64,000 nucleotides of DNA. Source: Tubiluchus corallicola (lineage: Eukaryota; Animalia; Priapulida). Of the stretch, positions 27,004 to 40,482 are shown piece after piece. Made by a program: the position numbers and the translations under genes. The first letter of the stretch is position 1. The number at the start of each line of letters is the position of its first letter. The notes beneath the pieces are model-generated. The model ran no database searches, was not told the DNA's origin, and saw only the letters and a program-made list of their open reading frames with translations. The stretch is taken from the NCBI GenBank assembly GCA_030141605.1, contig JAQGDQ010000513.1, positions 62,001 to 126,000 on the forward strand. Reading direction: 5' to 3'.

Positions 27004-27182
27004 CGCGTTCACCAGTATTTGCAGCAATGTTTGAACATGAAATGGAAGAACGAATTGCGAATCGTGTAGAAATAACCGACATGGATCATGAAGTATTACG
27101 CGAAATGTTGCGTTTTATCTACACCGGCAAGGCACCGAATCTTGAAAAGATGGCCGACGACCTGCTAGCTGCTGCTGACAAG
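27004..27182 (+). CDS. SPOP: SPOP coding exon (BTB domain)
   Basis: ttttgcgtAG...GTaaca. (A)[59 protein letters not shown]. 179 nt. Confidence 0.97.
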
Positions 27183-27222
27183 GTAACATGTTAAATATGT
27201 TTTAAGGTACAACTCGTACACA

Positions 27223-27776
27223 GAGGTTTTGGGTCCACAACATTTTGCAGGGAAGAGAACAATACGGCACATATCATCATTTAGTGAAGAAACCGCAGTC
27301 AGATGCACAACACGTAACTACATGCTTCTTCCACCTCTCAAAAACTCAAATAGAAAAAACATTATTGTTTATTTGAATACTCCGTATTCTTAATAAAAAA
27401 TAGTTAAGCATGTAGAAGTGTTTCCATGTGTACGTAATGGGTGATGTGTGATCCGTCGTCATTCGAACATGATTGCTATCATGCGTTCACGCATCAGACG
27501 GCAATACGCAGACAGGAAGCCACCGTTGCCTGGGTAATTATAGCGAGTTTTCAAGTTTCCGGTGACCATTTTCGCTGTTTGGTTTTCTGAAAATTCTAGT
27601 TAGGTGAGTTTTGGTCACTTTAGGACCTATAGACAATGATATTTTTTTCTATTTGAGTTTTTGAGAGGTGGAAGAAGCATGTAGTTATGTGTTGTGCATC
27701 TAACTGCAGTTTTTTCACTAAATTATATGTGCCGTATTGTTCTCTTCCCTGCAAAACGTTGTGCACCCAAAACCTC
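27223..27776. repeat. Inverted pair of PIF/Harbinger transposase-derived fragments
   Basis: Arms 27223-27372 and 27629-27776 are reverse complements. The arm translates RFWVHNVLQGREQYGTYNLVKKLQLDAQHITTCFFHLSKTQIE, resembling the Harbinger transposase N-terminal WVH...R...G...L..D....YFRMS motif. Confidence 0.75.
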
Positions 27777-27999
27777 CATCTAATAGTACAATAATAAGCT
27801 AATGCCGCAGCTGTAATTCTTGTTGTAATTGTCATTAAATGGTTCTAGGCCACTTCAACTAGCACTTTCAGTGTCTCACTGTCTCTCGAGCTAATAAATA
27901 ACCTTTTTCTTAATTCTGCTTCTGTTTAACTTTCACTATTCTGCTTCTCCGTCCTACTCCCGTTGTCACCTGGAAAAAATATGTCGAATTTGTACACTA

Positions 28000-28451
28000 C
28001 AGTCATACCTCCTATTTCGAACGTCTCCGTATTTGTACAAATCGGTTTTTGACCAGAAAATTCGAGTTATTTTGCCTCCGTTCTCGACCAGAATTTCGGT
28101 TCTCGACCAAACCCCAAGCACATGATGAACACGTGTTTCTGCTCTTGCTTACATATACCATCACACTGCTACCAACACGTAAAGTTTTTTCATGCAGGAA
28201 TAATTATGTTTTTCTTTCTAAGGAATTTTATTATGTTTTTCTTAACAGTTATATCATATCTGCTGTTTAGATAAACATTTTTACATTATTATATTTCATT
28301 TTAGTAATACTATACAGTTCATTTGGTGTTTGAGAACAGATTATTTGCTTTTACATTATTTCTTAAGGGAATAAATGATTCGGTACTCAACCAAATTGGT
28401 TTTCAAACACTTTTTAGGAACAAATTATGGTCGAAAACAGAGGTATGACTG
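28000..28451. mobile_element. Tigger/pogo-like MITE
   Basis: TIRs cagtcatacctc and gaggtatgactg, with TA on both sides. Confidence 0.85.
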
Positions 28452-28629
28452 TATAGTGAAATACGTAAAAATTCAATGTTTGTGTATGTATTACATAGTT
28501 CAACGTCTGTGTTAGTATTACATAGTTCAGTATTTGTGTTAGTATTACAGAGCTGCTGTAGCTAATTTACAAAGTTTCTTGTTTACTTAACAGTATAACT
28601 ATTTATAACTATTATAATTATAATTTCAG

Positions 28630-28772
28630 TATGCTCTGGATCGGTTAAAAATCATGTGTGAAGAAGCACTTAGCTCAAACTTGAACACAGACAATACTGC
28701 TGATGTACTAATATTGGCTGACCTCCATAGTGCCGATCAGCTTAAAGCCCAATGCATTGATTTCATTAATAG
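28630..28772 (+). CDS. SPOP: SPOP coding exon (BTB end / BACK)
   Basis: aatttcAG...GTatgt. [47 protein letters not shown]. 143 nt. Confidence 0.97.
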
Positions 28773-28944
28773 GTATGTATGTTCTTCGTTTCTAAATAGT
28801 TGCGATGTACACTCATTTATCGGTTTGCCGGATGAAAGAGGGGGAGACGTCGGTCTGAATTTGCCGATTGTTCATATTTATCGATACTAAGTTAATACAG
28901 CAGGCGCCATGTATTAGATTCACGATAATGTAGAATCAATTGCC

Positions 28945-29059
28945 TAATTGTGTCAGAAAACGTCTCGGGCCGCTCCTATGCAAAGTATGTAAAAACTGTC
29001 GCCGAATAACTCAAATAATTCCGCATAATTGACTATATTTTTTATGTATAGAGATATAC
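28945..29059. repeat. Dispersed repeat fragment (inverted copy at about 51023-51146)
   Basis: ggccgctcctatgcaaagtat...tatagagatataca matches the reverse complement of tgtatatctctat...tttgcataggagcggcc. Confidence 0.7.
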
Positions 29060-29514
29060 AATTGGTTGCACTGAGGTAATGATGTAAGCAAGGTGACGGC
29101 TTGCCGACTAGCGGTCAGCTGTCGAAACAGCGGACTGTGTCAATAGTACGCAGGACTTTTTAACAGTCCAGATTTTGTCAGATTCTTCCGATATCCTCAA
29201 AAGCGAGGTTTGGCAAACTGTGATATTAGTGTATATCAAATTCATCAAAATGTGGATGAAACTGAAAGACTTAATAAACATGTTACACATGTTACAAATA
29301 GATATTTATATATATATATATATATATCAACTTTTATAAGCATTGTTAAAATAGTTAAAACATCTAATGTGAACTGAGTTTAAAGTTCATTTTTCTAATG
29401 TGTTTAATGCAGTTTGACATTTGGCAGGCAATGCAAATGTTCAAAGACTTCGTGTTCCAAACACTGAACAAATAAGCCTTTTCACCGTTCCAGCGATTGA
29501 TGATGATCGTGAAC

Positions 29515-29765
29515 AGGTCAAAGGTTAAGTGTACCAAACAACGCATTGGAGTACACTTGACACAACCTCGTAGCCCATGCTATTGTAATAGTAACAGTTT
29601 TAACAGCTAGCTAGAACCTTACCTACTTAGATCCTGCTAGTAAATCACTCTACGCCCAGACTAATGCATAATTATGTAAAGTCCACGTAAAACAACTGAC
29701 ATTACTCAACTGGGCTTTGTGTTACCCATGTCTCGCATTGCTATGGTACACTTAACCTTTGACCT
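29515..29765 (+). mobile_element. MITE-like element with 22-bp inverted repeats
   Basis: aggtcaaaggttaagtgtacca ... tggtacacttaacctttgacct. Inverted copy at 53150-53453. Confidence 0.8.
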
Positions 29766-30056
29766 ACAGCAGCTGTGTGTGTTGTGCACAATGAAACTAT
29801 GAAAAGGCTTATTTCTTGTTTCGAAGTTTTGCTTAAAATGGAAAAGAGCGGCTGATTTTTTTATTGGTAGGGTTTTAAGCCAATTGTAAATCCTACCTAC
29901 CTGTGATCTGGTAGGTAAGCTTTTATTTAAAGTTATGCAGGTACGATAAATGTAGCCTGTGAATAGCTTCGACTGTGACTTTTTCACGTTTATTAAAAGC
30001 TAATTTTTCAAGTGTTAGTCATGTTGAAAGATAAACACACGGTAAATTCATTACAG

Positions 30057-30201
30057 TCATGCTACTGATGTTATCGAGACACAAGGATGGAAAGCGATGA
30101 TAATTTCTCACCCTCATCTCATAGCCGAAGTTTTCCGTGCGCTAGCAAGCCAACAGTTACCGCCTCTGGGTCCACCGAGGAAGCGACTGAAGCAGTCCTA
30201 A
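30057..30201 (+). CDS. SPOP: SPOP terminal coding exon (BACK and C-terminal NLS, stop)
   Basis: cattacAG, then (S)[50 protein letters not shown]. The seven exons total 1047 nt = 348 aa plus stop. Confidence 0.96.
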
Positions 30202-32830
30202 CCACAGGTGTTCCCGGCTGCACGTCATGACCAACGTAGCATTCGTATTGGCTTATTTATTTTAGTAGTACGAGGACTTGTACATTATACAATGATTAAA
30301 TGTTGTGCTTTTCAGTGAATGCATTTTTTGTCATCTGTTTTTCATTTGGTGCAGCAGATGAAGTATTGCAAGGCACAGGCGGTGTATTTGATAATAGCTA
30401 GTTTGGTACACTAGGGTGGCACAGAAAGAGTTTGTGATTGGTTAATGGCTATTACTGCCCCGGGCTTGACCACACCGTTGACCAAGCAATGACCATGACA
30501 GAATACTGTATACCCGTAGCTAGCATACTGAGGTGGTCTGTACAGTATGCATATCAGCTTGCTTAGCTGTGATGCCATCTCTATCTGAAGATCTCAGAAG
30601 GAGCAACGAAGCTAGTGGCAAAACGACTTGTGGGACTAAGGCAGCTATGGAGGCCGGTAAATTTTGGGCCTCGCTAATCGATTCTTGCTGTTCTTTTTCA
30701 GCGTGATGTTATTCCACGTCGTGTTTGCGTTAATAAATAAAGCATTTTAAAATAAATGGCCTACATGAAGTGCAAGTTTATGCGATTTTTCATTAAAAAT
30801 TTGATGTAGCAAACTTTTAGAAGAGTCATGAATTGAGTTCTTATGTTGAAGGGTTAGATGAATACATGAGACTGTTTAGCTCTGCTCATAATGTTGCGCA
30901 GTTATGCTGTTGTAAATTTTGTGAAAATGCTAGACACTCTTGTTGTTTTCTGCTGTAAATATAATTAGTGCTAATCTCTTGGTATTTTCGTTGCAAATCG
31001 GAGTACTGTTTGTTTCTTTTATGTTTTGTGACATACTTGTGCAAGTTTTTCTGTGTGTCGATATATTAATGTGGTACGGGCGGCAGGATAAAGTCTTCGA
31101 TTTATCAATGCGTTTTTTCTTTTCATAAGTGCTTTGTTTCCGAAATTAGGTATTGCATGTGTAGATAGCCACCTTGGCTTGTTTCCAGGAAGACAGATCA
31201 GCAACATTTGCCTCTTCATTTTATTAAATATATAAAACGATACTTGCATAACTTATGAAAAAAAGTTGTATCCAGGCATTAAAAGTAATGCATGTTATAA
31301 CTGCAAAAGCATAATTATTGCTTGATATTGACATGAGCAGCTAATGTTTAAGGCATTTAAATAAAATTGAAAAATCTAGTTTTGTGTGCATTATGCAGAG
31401 CTTAAATCAAATCGGAGTTAATTTTTCGCATGTAGTTTGAAATTTGGTTCGTGTTGTCAATGGCTGCTATTTGTCATATTCCCTGCATTGAGCAACTAAT
31501 TAAGTCTGTATGCACAATGAAACTTTTTGGCTTGTAACAGCATTTCAGTGTTACCACTCTACATGTGTATAATGTTACTTTAATCTTGTTCAAGGTATGG
31601 ATGCTTTGCAATTAAGACGCTAAACAAAAATATTTCTTAGATTCTCTGCTTGGTGACGAATAATACGTATTGCAGAACTGTGTATGTGTACAAAGTAGTA
31701 TAGAAATATAATGTGTTTATGGAGGTAGTTGCTAGTTAATAAGCTTAATATTTCTATTTATTATGGTGAGTAAACAAGGTAATTTGTTTACTTGATACGA
31801 TTTGATAAGACATAACCATTTCAGATGTTTATTATTGGGCGAAAATGCATGGCGCACAATTTAGAAATACCAAAATGGACTGCGTAAATTACTTCTAAAT
31901 TTGAGTTGTACTGCCTTAATTGTTAGAAAACTCATTTTGATTTTAAAAAGTAGTGATTCGTTTTTAGCATAATTAATGGTTCTCATCTCAGGCTAGATTT
32001 GACATCACTTAATGCCTTTGTAGAATACCGAGCACCAAGAATCCAGATTGTCTTCGAAACCAAAGCTTAATTATTATATTTAATATTAATGATATTCTGC
32101 AATTACCAATTCCTTATTATTATTATAAGACATTGTTAGTTTCACAAACGCATGACACTTATAATTATCTTCGAAGCCTGTGGCACTGACACTTGGTTTA
32201 CATTGTCTGCTTTTCTGTAATTAATGTTTGTTAATTTCTTGAAAATTACTGTTTTAAAAGTTGTGAAACTGATCTCGAGAAACATAAAAAATTTGCTAAA
32301 AGTAAATTTGAAAATTGTTCGCAAAAGTGGCAATTGGAAATGTAAATTAGAAGGCTAATGTTTTGCAATGTTGTTATCTAACATGTTTCAGTTCACCTTA
32401 AATTAGAACACACTGCAAGAAATGAAAATTTAAGATAATGTTCTGTTGAAGTCTTTCCATGCATCTTTTTTGTGACTGATAGTTTGTCTTGTGTGTACAT
32501 GTGTATTATGGCCCTCTTGTTTTTCGTGATTACTCTGATAATTATGTTTGCGTAAAACTGAACTCCATAACCAATAAGTCGACAAACTGATAAAATACTG
32601 TACATGTGATTTTATTTTTTAAAAATGTCCGTGAATGTGAATTAACCCAGTACCACTTGAGAAAAACTGTAGCAACTGCATTGGCTTTTTTAAGGAAATA
32701 TTTGGAATGCTGATTATCGTATTTAACTTTCTCATTATTGTTAAGCTCATTTTTGCTGTTAAAGATGTCCGTTAACTTAATAAATGTGCATCTCATCAAT
32801 ACATCTAACATCTTTTATATAAAAGTTAGT
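30202..32830 (+). other. SPOP: Putative long SPOP 3' UTR
   Basis: About 2.6 kb after the stop with no recognisable transposon or tandem repeat, T-rich, with AATAAA near 30733, 31360 and 32780. The end position is a guess. Confidence 0.5.
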
Positions 32831-32989
32831 CTGGATGTTTATAGTCATAGTTTTTGTGATTTTTGCTAGTTCATATCAAGTAATTCAAACGGTGACAGTA
32901 CTAACCATCATAGTTCATTATGATAGCAACATTACCGTTTTAGCAAAAGATGCCTTCAGGTCTCAAACACTTCAACTTACTTATGCATT

Positions 32990-33184
32990 TAATTAATTAC
33001 GTATTCGCCCCCGTTCCTCGCGGTGGGCCCGATTCGAAAAATAAGCCCCCAATGAGACGACACTAGATCGAGACCTTTCGTTTGATGTATAGATCGCCAC
33101 AAATGGTGCCGTCGTCGAAGCTGTAGCCTCGAATCTTATATATATATAAATATATAACATACCAAGAATATTAATATAATAGAT
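32990..33184 (-). mobile_element. Possible short Helitron-like element
   Basis: Minus strand begins atctattatattaat (Helitron-like 5' TC start) and ends in a GC-rich hairpin-like stretch. Canonical CTRR end is not clear. Confidence 0.3.
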
Positions 33185-34177
33185 AATACTGTAGGCTAAC
33201 TTAGTCTAATTTTCGTAGTGTTTTTTATCTACCTCTTGCATACAAACTAATTTTATTTTTGCGGCTTTTACGTGATTTTCTTGTCAAACAAATGGTCTTG
33301 AATGCACACATGTTGGTGATTCTAGTTTATTTTTTTGGTATTTAGTCATGAAATGCGGGTAATTAATTAATTATTAAATTTTTAATTTTGGTCGAGATTA
33401 TTTTATTAGTGATGGCACAATCTCACATTTAATTAAATTTTGATATCAAACTTGAAAGGCAGGAAATATGAAAAAGTTCGAATAGACCCTGTAATTTGGA
33501 TTTCAATCAGGGACCTACTCACATTGCAGATGTGTTAGATTACTAGGCCACTGCGTCTAGTATTCCCTAGTGGATTACTTAGTCGATTTGTAAGGGATTG
33601 GGTGAAAGGAGTTAATGTTATCATGCTAAAGGAACACAGAACCATTGCGAGTTATATAACAGGGATACATTTCAACAAAGTTAAACATGTTGCGCACACT
33701 GCATAGCAGCTGATGTAGGCTGACCTAAGTTCAACTGACTGCCATACAAAAATAATTATTTATTAATTTTTCCTCATCTTGGCAATGGTAACGAATAATT
33801 CTTACGTTTTTATAGACACATTTATTTTCTCCAATAATGTCACAAATTTCTATCTTACAAAAAACTACTCTATTTTAAAAGAGAAGGGGTGAGGAAAGAC
33901 CATAGGTCATCTAGCCCTCTCACCCCTTATATATTAATATTGTAATAGTGGAAAAAAATTGATGACACTGGATGAAATTATTGTTAATTACTTAAATAAA
34001 ATGACCAAAATAAAGCAATAATAAAAGGAAACATATGAAACAAATATAACAATAGTAAAATAATAAACATGCCAGCCATTAGTAACTATAATATTACTAA
34101 TGTATTGTATTACTAATATTATAATATAATAGTAATAGCTACTATAATTATTATTAATATTACCGGGTATTGTCTGT

Positions 34178-34529
34178 TAGGGGTGAGCATTCTCTACCAG
34201 AAAGCGAATTCGAATCGAACCGAATTTGTGACTTTCGAATTCGAATTGAGATTGAACGATTTTCGAACAAGTTTTCGAATCACCAGTAAAAATTAGTCTT
34301 ACAAAGATCATGTGTATCACTAGATTTTGTTCTGCAATAAAACGACTAGTAATTTGTTTAAAATTGTGCACAGAAATCACTACTAAATTACGCTAATTGC
34401 ATGTTGTTTCAATCGTTTTAGTGATCAGGAACATATGTGATTGAAGTGCTGAATTATTCGAATCTATAGTTTTGGATTCGAATCGAGTTCGAACTGTAAA
34501 AACTCGTTCGAGTTCGATGCTCACCCCTA
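34178..34529. mobile_element. hAT-like MITE (tcgaa-rich) with 8-bp TSD
   Basis: TIRs taggggtgagcat and atgctcaccccta. TSD ttgtctgt/ttatctgt (7/8). Partial copy at about 62521-62818. Confidence 0.85.
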
Positions 34530-37500
34530 TTATCTGTAAGGTGAGTCTTGGTGACAATAATAATTACGATAAAATCCTATTGAACAAACCTAGCAAAGTG
34601 TCGCTGTGGGCGTTATCGGTACAAGCTAAAAGGCGGCGCGCTATCTGTTCAAGAACTGCAAGAAGCTGATTTGATAAAGAAGGACATGGCTGAGGTGTGT
34701 GCGAGTTCTGAAACTGAGAAGGAACCAAATTTTAACCCAGAAGAAGACTACAAAATGTCAGAAGAAGGAACCATAAGCTCAAGTAGGTGATCTAATATCC
34801 GTAATCCTATTTGCTTTGTTATTAAGGAATTTGGAATTAGGGTGAGTGTATACAAAATTTCCCTGCGGTAATTTTAAAATTAAATAAGATATAAAGTCTT
34901 AAAGAGTTAATTTGTGAGCTAAAAAATTGCAAATGTTAAAAGCATGTGATTGTTGCTTTTTGCCCCGGGAACGTAACTATTTAAGCGCAGCGCAAATATA
35001 AATTTTTTGGACGTAACACGTTGATGCTGATGTAGCAGAACTAGTACTAGTACTAGTAGTAGTAGGGTAGCTGAACGAAAATTGTAGAGCGCGCCACCAT
35101 AGCTGCAAGCGTGTTCATTTGATTGATTAAATGAGTTAATTAAAAAAAAACAGATTTAAAATAATTAGTTTGTTTTGAAATGGCGGTCAGTTAAATTTCA
35201 AAAAAACGCTCAAGTTTTGGGAGTAAGAAAAAATGACTAAGTCCGGTTTGAGCAAAAAGTTAAAAATTGTACTTTTAGCATTCTATTATTTATAACTAAA
35301 AATTCCAAATACAGGTTTTAGTACGTTAGTGTTGTTAAATGGAGTGCATTGCACGAGAAATAATCATATCAAGTCATATGGCAACATAGTATTCGTTTTT
35401 CCAGCATCCAAAATTCATCCAAATGATGTTTTACCTTAACAGGTGTGAAAATGGACCTTTTACGAAAGTGTGCTAACTTGTCAACTTTAGAGTGTTATAA
35501 AAGATGCCAATTCAGCTGGTAGTTAATTGTTAATATGACTTTTGGTAGCTCAGTGTATATTTACTAGTAGTAGTAATACTATTGACGTGCATAGTATTAG
35601 TATAAATAACTCAAGAATTCAGGTGCTGCTCCAGATGTAATAATTATTTATAGTGTATTTAAGCAAGTGAGATTCATTTGAAATGAATTTATGCTGTCGA
35701 CATATTCAGCGATGCTTTGTAGTGATTTGATTGAAATGCTATTTAGGTTCATTTTTGATATACATACTTGTTCAATAAGATGCACATTGCACATCCCTAG
35801 ATATTTTTAAATTTCCATGATAAAATACATTCAAAATCTTGAATGAAATAATTACCCCATTTTGAGACTATAAAGGGCGTTCTACATTTTATTCATGTTA
35901 AAAATACCAAGTCTTGTGAGAGCTCTTTCATATTTTAATAACATTTTCTTTAATTTCATATTTTTCTGAAGCAAATTAGCATCAGTAAGTTGGCATGATT
36001 CTGCCAGTGCTAACCTCCTGGGCATCATATTCCTCCGGTCATCATTTGTTTTTGTGTTTATGAATTTAAGATTGAAATGAATGTATTAAATCAAGGCCAT
36101 TTTAAGGTTTAAGGTTTTTGGGTACTTCCTCTTATAAATTTGCAATACTTTTTGCAACATGTAGTCAGTGTAACCGAATTGTGTGTAGTGTTGGTCTTGG
36201 ATTGGGCTGGTAATTTGTTGAAAAGTTTTTTAGCCTTGAGAAAATCACCAAAAATGCATGAAAATGATTCCTGTGTGAGATGTATTCATGACTGAAATAC
36301 ATCAAATAAACACAAGGATAATGCAATAACCTGGGTCGTGATTCAAGTCGTAAACCTGTATACTGTATTCGCGCAATCAGCAGGAAACTGTTCATTTTAG
36401 TGAGATGGTTACTTTGTTGAGTGATTATAGTTGACCACCAACGTGTTAGAACAATGTTGAAAACACTGCAATAGTGTCAACTGTCATCAATCGGAAAATG
36501 TAATATATTTCTGCTCCGGTGTGCTATGTATCCTTGTACTACTGTACATATAGATGAATGTGTGATATAGCGTATGATTTCAGATGACAACAGGTCATAG
36601 GTCACTGTTGTCACTTCTAAACATTTGTACACTCATTTTTATCTTAGACAGAATTTATGCTACATTGGCAGGCTTATTTTGATAGCCCCATTGACCTCAG
36701 CAAGCACTACAGCAGTTCAGAGGTTATTTGAGGTCCAGTCTTTAGGCTAACAAATGTAATACCCTTTCTTCTGCATGACGGATACACGTGAGTATGCTTG
36801 CAAACGAAAGTCGTCCATAAGTCGGCATAGTTAAAATTACATTATGATGCTTCAACGTAGAATGCAGTCAAATGTCAATTTTTTGTTTTTTTATAAAAAC
36901 AAATGCCAAATGACTTCAATATTCTACCACCAAATTGTAAGAAAATAGTGAAAGAATGCTAAAAATCTAATTTTATAATGCCATACTCGCTTTTCTATCT
37001 AGAAACTAACTAGTACTACAATCAAGAAAACTAAAAACATATTTTCAACCTCCGTTAGTAGCTTATGGAAGCTGTCATTTTGCTTTGTTTTTTGTTGCCA
37101 AGCCCAGATCTTCATCAGGAAGAGCCATCTACTGGATTTAAACATAACGTCAATGTATTCTTGCAAAGTCCGTAGCAACTAACATTTGTGCGGTTGCTAA
37201 GTGTTTTGTAGAAACGCAACAAAAAACAATGGCCAACTTTAACAGTGATTTTCTCAAAGTTATGTTTTTCAGTGTGCAGCCTGCACCTAAACTTCAACGT
37301 GGATTGTCTCAGCTTAGAAATAAGATAGAGCGATGAACTTGGTATTAAAATGATCCCCATGAAATGCAGATTCAGGGTACGTGAATAAGTAGAAAAGCTT
37401 AATTGCCGACTTATGTACGATGTTGCTATGCAAGCACACACATAACAGTAAGGAACAGTGTGTCAAATAAGTATCAGAAACACGATGAAGAGTACACATC

Positions 37501-37919
37501 GTCAGTGAGCTTCAAAAGATATCCACCTTGTCATCACTCAGAATGTCCACACTCTGTTTAAGAAAATAGAAAAAATATGTTTGGTTAGGGTAACATACAA
37601 AAAAATCAAATGGGTTAGTAGGTAGGTTTGCCAATATTTGCTAACTAGTATTACTATATAATAGAAAACTATAATCAGTGCCAGTTAGCAAATATATATA
37701 GCCAGTATGCCTGATTACAGCTACATGCTAACGCCGTGCAACGAGCTTTTACCTTTCATGAAGAAATAGTGCAGGCTCTATATTATCTAAATTTAATTAA
37801 AGGAATTACTGGGAAAAAACTTAAAATTAAAAAAACAACACCCTTATACACCGTACTCGTAAAAATAACTTTATTATTTTCTACAATGCTGATTAAAATT
37901 ATTTATTTCATTTTGTATA

Positions 37920-38012
37920 GGGGAAGGGAGTAAAAGACTGCATGGTTGTTCCCTTTCCCCACACGTTGGGGAAGGGAGTAAAAGACTGTATGCTCGTTCC
38001 CTTTCCCCACAC
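37920..38012. repeat. Tandem duplication of a self-complementary unit of about 48 bp
   Basis: ggggaagggagtaaaagactg...ttccctttccccacac twice. Confidence 0.8.
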
Positions 38013-40435
38013 TATTTAAATATTTACTTGTCAGCTGACTACAATCTGCATATTTTGTTTTGTGTGAAATAAAAGTGCTTATGTCCTATCTCAGTGTATT
38101 GTGAAAGGACTGCTGCTTGAAAGGTGTGTGTCATATTCATTCGGTATGCAGTGTATATTTTGGATTTTTATGTATTTTCCCGAGACAGGCATTTGCGTAC
38201 TCCTTACAGTTAATTTGAGCATTCTAGTGGCGTACATACATCAATATTAGTTACATTGGCATTATGAACTTGGCACTCCGTGTTAGTAGCGTTATTGAAT
38301 GTAAAATTTTAAAAATTTATGTGAGACAAAAAGGATGAACATCCTGAGGTGTTCATTATGTGGTTTATTGACGTTGTGACCATGAAGCATGACCAGAAGC
38401 CCTGCATCCACATGTTTGCTGTTTCTTATTAACACGACTGATTGTTTGTATGGCATAGCTCGATGCTTTGCTTGGGATCCGCCATATGGCTTCTAGTATA
38501 GTTTGTACACATATGCAATTCCCCACATCCCTAAGCAATGTTGAAAAGAAACTCATTCTTTGGAAAAAGATTGGCTAACCCGTAGGCTTGTGCCCAGAAA
38601 TACCATGATATATAAACAGTCGTTGCTAAGTGAGCGCTTGTTAGAGCTTAGAATCAGCAGGACTGCAGAGTATCTGAAATGCCTGCTGAAGAGTGAAAAT
38701 ATATTGTGCTTAGAAAAATACTGCTCCAAAAACATTAATTAACCTAAAACTATTTTCATTGGATAATCACATCTACTTCTGCGCTAACAGGGTTCGTTTT
38801 TATTTCTATACTTTTTACATTTCAGTCGTCTTTTGTGGATTTCTTGGCTGTACAATTCATTGATTTTTCGCTGGTGAAATTCTCAATTTTAAGAGAGTGC
38901 TGTGTCACCTGTATTCGGATTTGCCTCAATTGACTTTATGAATTGTGTTTTCTTTGCTCCTTGCACGTAAAAGAAAAGATATCCAGTTTTTAATATCCAT
39001 TCGTAATGATCTGTGACTTGTGATGTGAAACGCAAATATATATTCTTCAAATGATCTACGTAACAATTACTTAATTTTTGAATTTTGTTAGTTTTTTTAG
39101 TCAATTTTGCACTTTTCTAGTTTACTGTACACGCTTAGATGCTAACAATGCCTGCTTTTCGAAAAACACACGTGCAAACAGGTCAGTATCAAAGTAGCAG
39201 TATCCGAGCTGCAAAACTGCAGGCAAAGGACAAGTCATGATGCACTTGAAATTTAAAATTTTTAATTCAAAAGACACTTTGTTTAATGTCAATTCGGTCT
39301 GCAACGTCATCCGTTAAGCACATTGAAGATTCCCGTCGTTGGCAAATTATGCCCGAAGGTGATGTCGTATCGAAATTTCCTGTGGTGACGTCATCACAAG
39401 CTGTGCACGTGCCCATGAGTCGAATTACAATTGAAATAACTATAAACTTGTCAAAGCATCAAAGCAGCACACACTAGTTACATTTAGCAACATTACATCT
39501 GAAGTCATCAAGTCATCAGGAGGAACCTGACCAGGATTCATGTCCAGCCATTTCTCCTCCTCTTTAATGGTTTAAAGTGGCCTAGCTTTCAAAAAAAGTA
39601 GATGACATTTTGCCTACTGTTCTAATATGGAAAATGTATATTTTACACTAAAGCCAAGACCGTAAGTAATAGAGAAGGATATTTTTTACAGTTGGTTACC
39701 TTGAGTTCTTCTTGCAGTTTTTAATATTAAAAAATTAGTTATTAGTTATTGACCAATCAGCATTTGATCAATTGCTCATTGTTTTTATTATAAATGTGTT
39801 ATGATTGTAATGTTTCTTGTCAAATAGAAATATTGTTTAAACTAAAGAATAAGTTTGTAACTTTAATTTTGGGGGTATTTTTGTATATCTGGAATGTTGC
39901 ATGCACTTTCGGTTTCCCAGACTTTCTTCGCTCTTTGCAGCTTGAGGCATGTAGCTGTTTGTTGGAATGTAGCATGCATCTTGTTTTCTGATCATAATTG
40001 CAACATGCTATGGTAAGGTTGCTGCTAACTACTAGGCATGTGAGTAATGCAACATGTCACAGTCAATTAACTAGGTTCCTTGAAAACCCATTTCCTTTCC
40101 AGATACTGAAAATTATTGTTTGTTTCCTTAGCAGGCTCTGTTTGTTGACATTCCCATCTAATTTTCTAGGGGCAGCTTAGAGTTTGGAGCATTACATAAA
40201 CTAACAACGTTATTTGTCTTCTAGAAGTGCTATAAGGTTTCGCGTTGGTTTTGTCAGGAAATGAACATGACTTCAATTAAAAACAGACCACAGGTTGCGA
40301 CAATAGAGTGCATGTAATACTGGTTATTATATATTATTATTATTATTGTATTTCACACCATTACATACAAATACAACTGATATATATTCATATACACAAA
40401 ATATACCGAGGAAAAGTTAGTATAATTAGTGCACG

Positions 40436-40437
<2 letters not shown>

Positions 40438-40480
<43 letters not shown>
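40438..40480. repeat. (CA)n microsatellite
   Basis: Pure CA run. Confidence 0.95.

Positions 40481-40482
<2 letters not shown>

Noticed and set aside
33480-33560. Minus-strand tRNA/SINE-like head
   Set aside because: A and B boxes are too degenerate and there is no second copy in the window.
37798-39567. Possible 1.8-kb Kolobok-like element
   Set aside because: TTAAAG-type ends exist but the TIRs do not match and no transposase motif was recognised.
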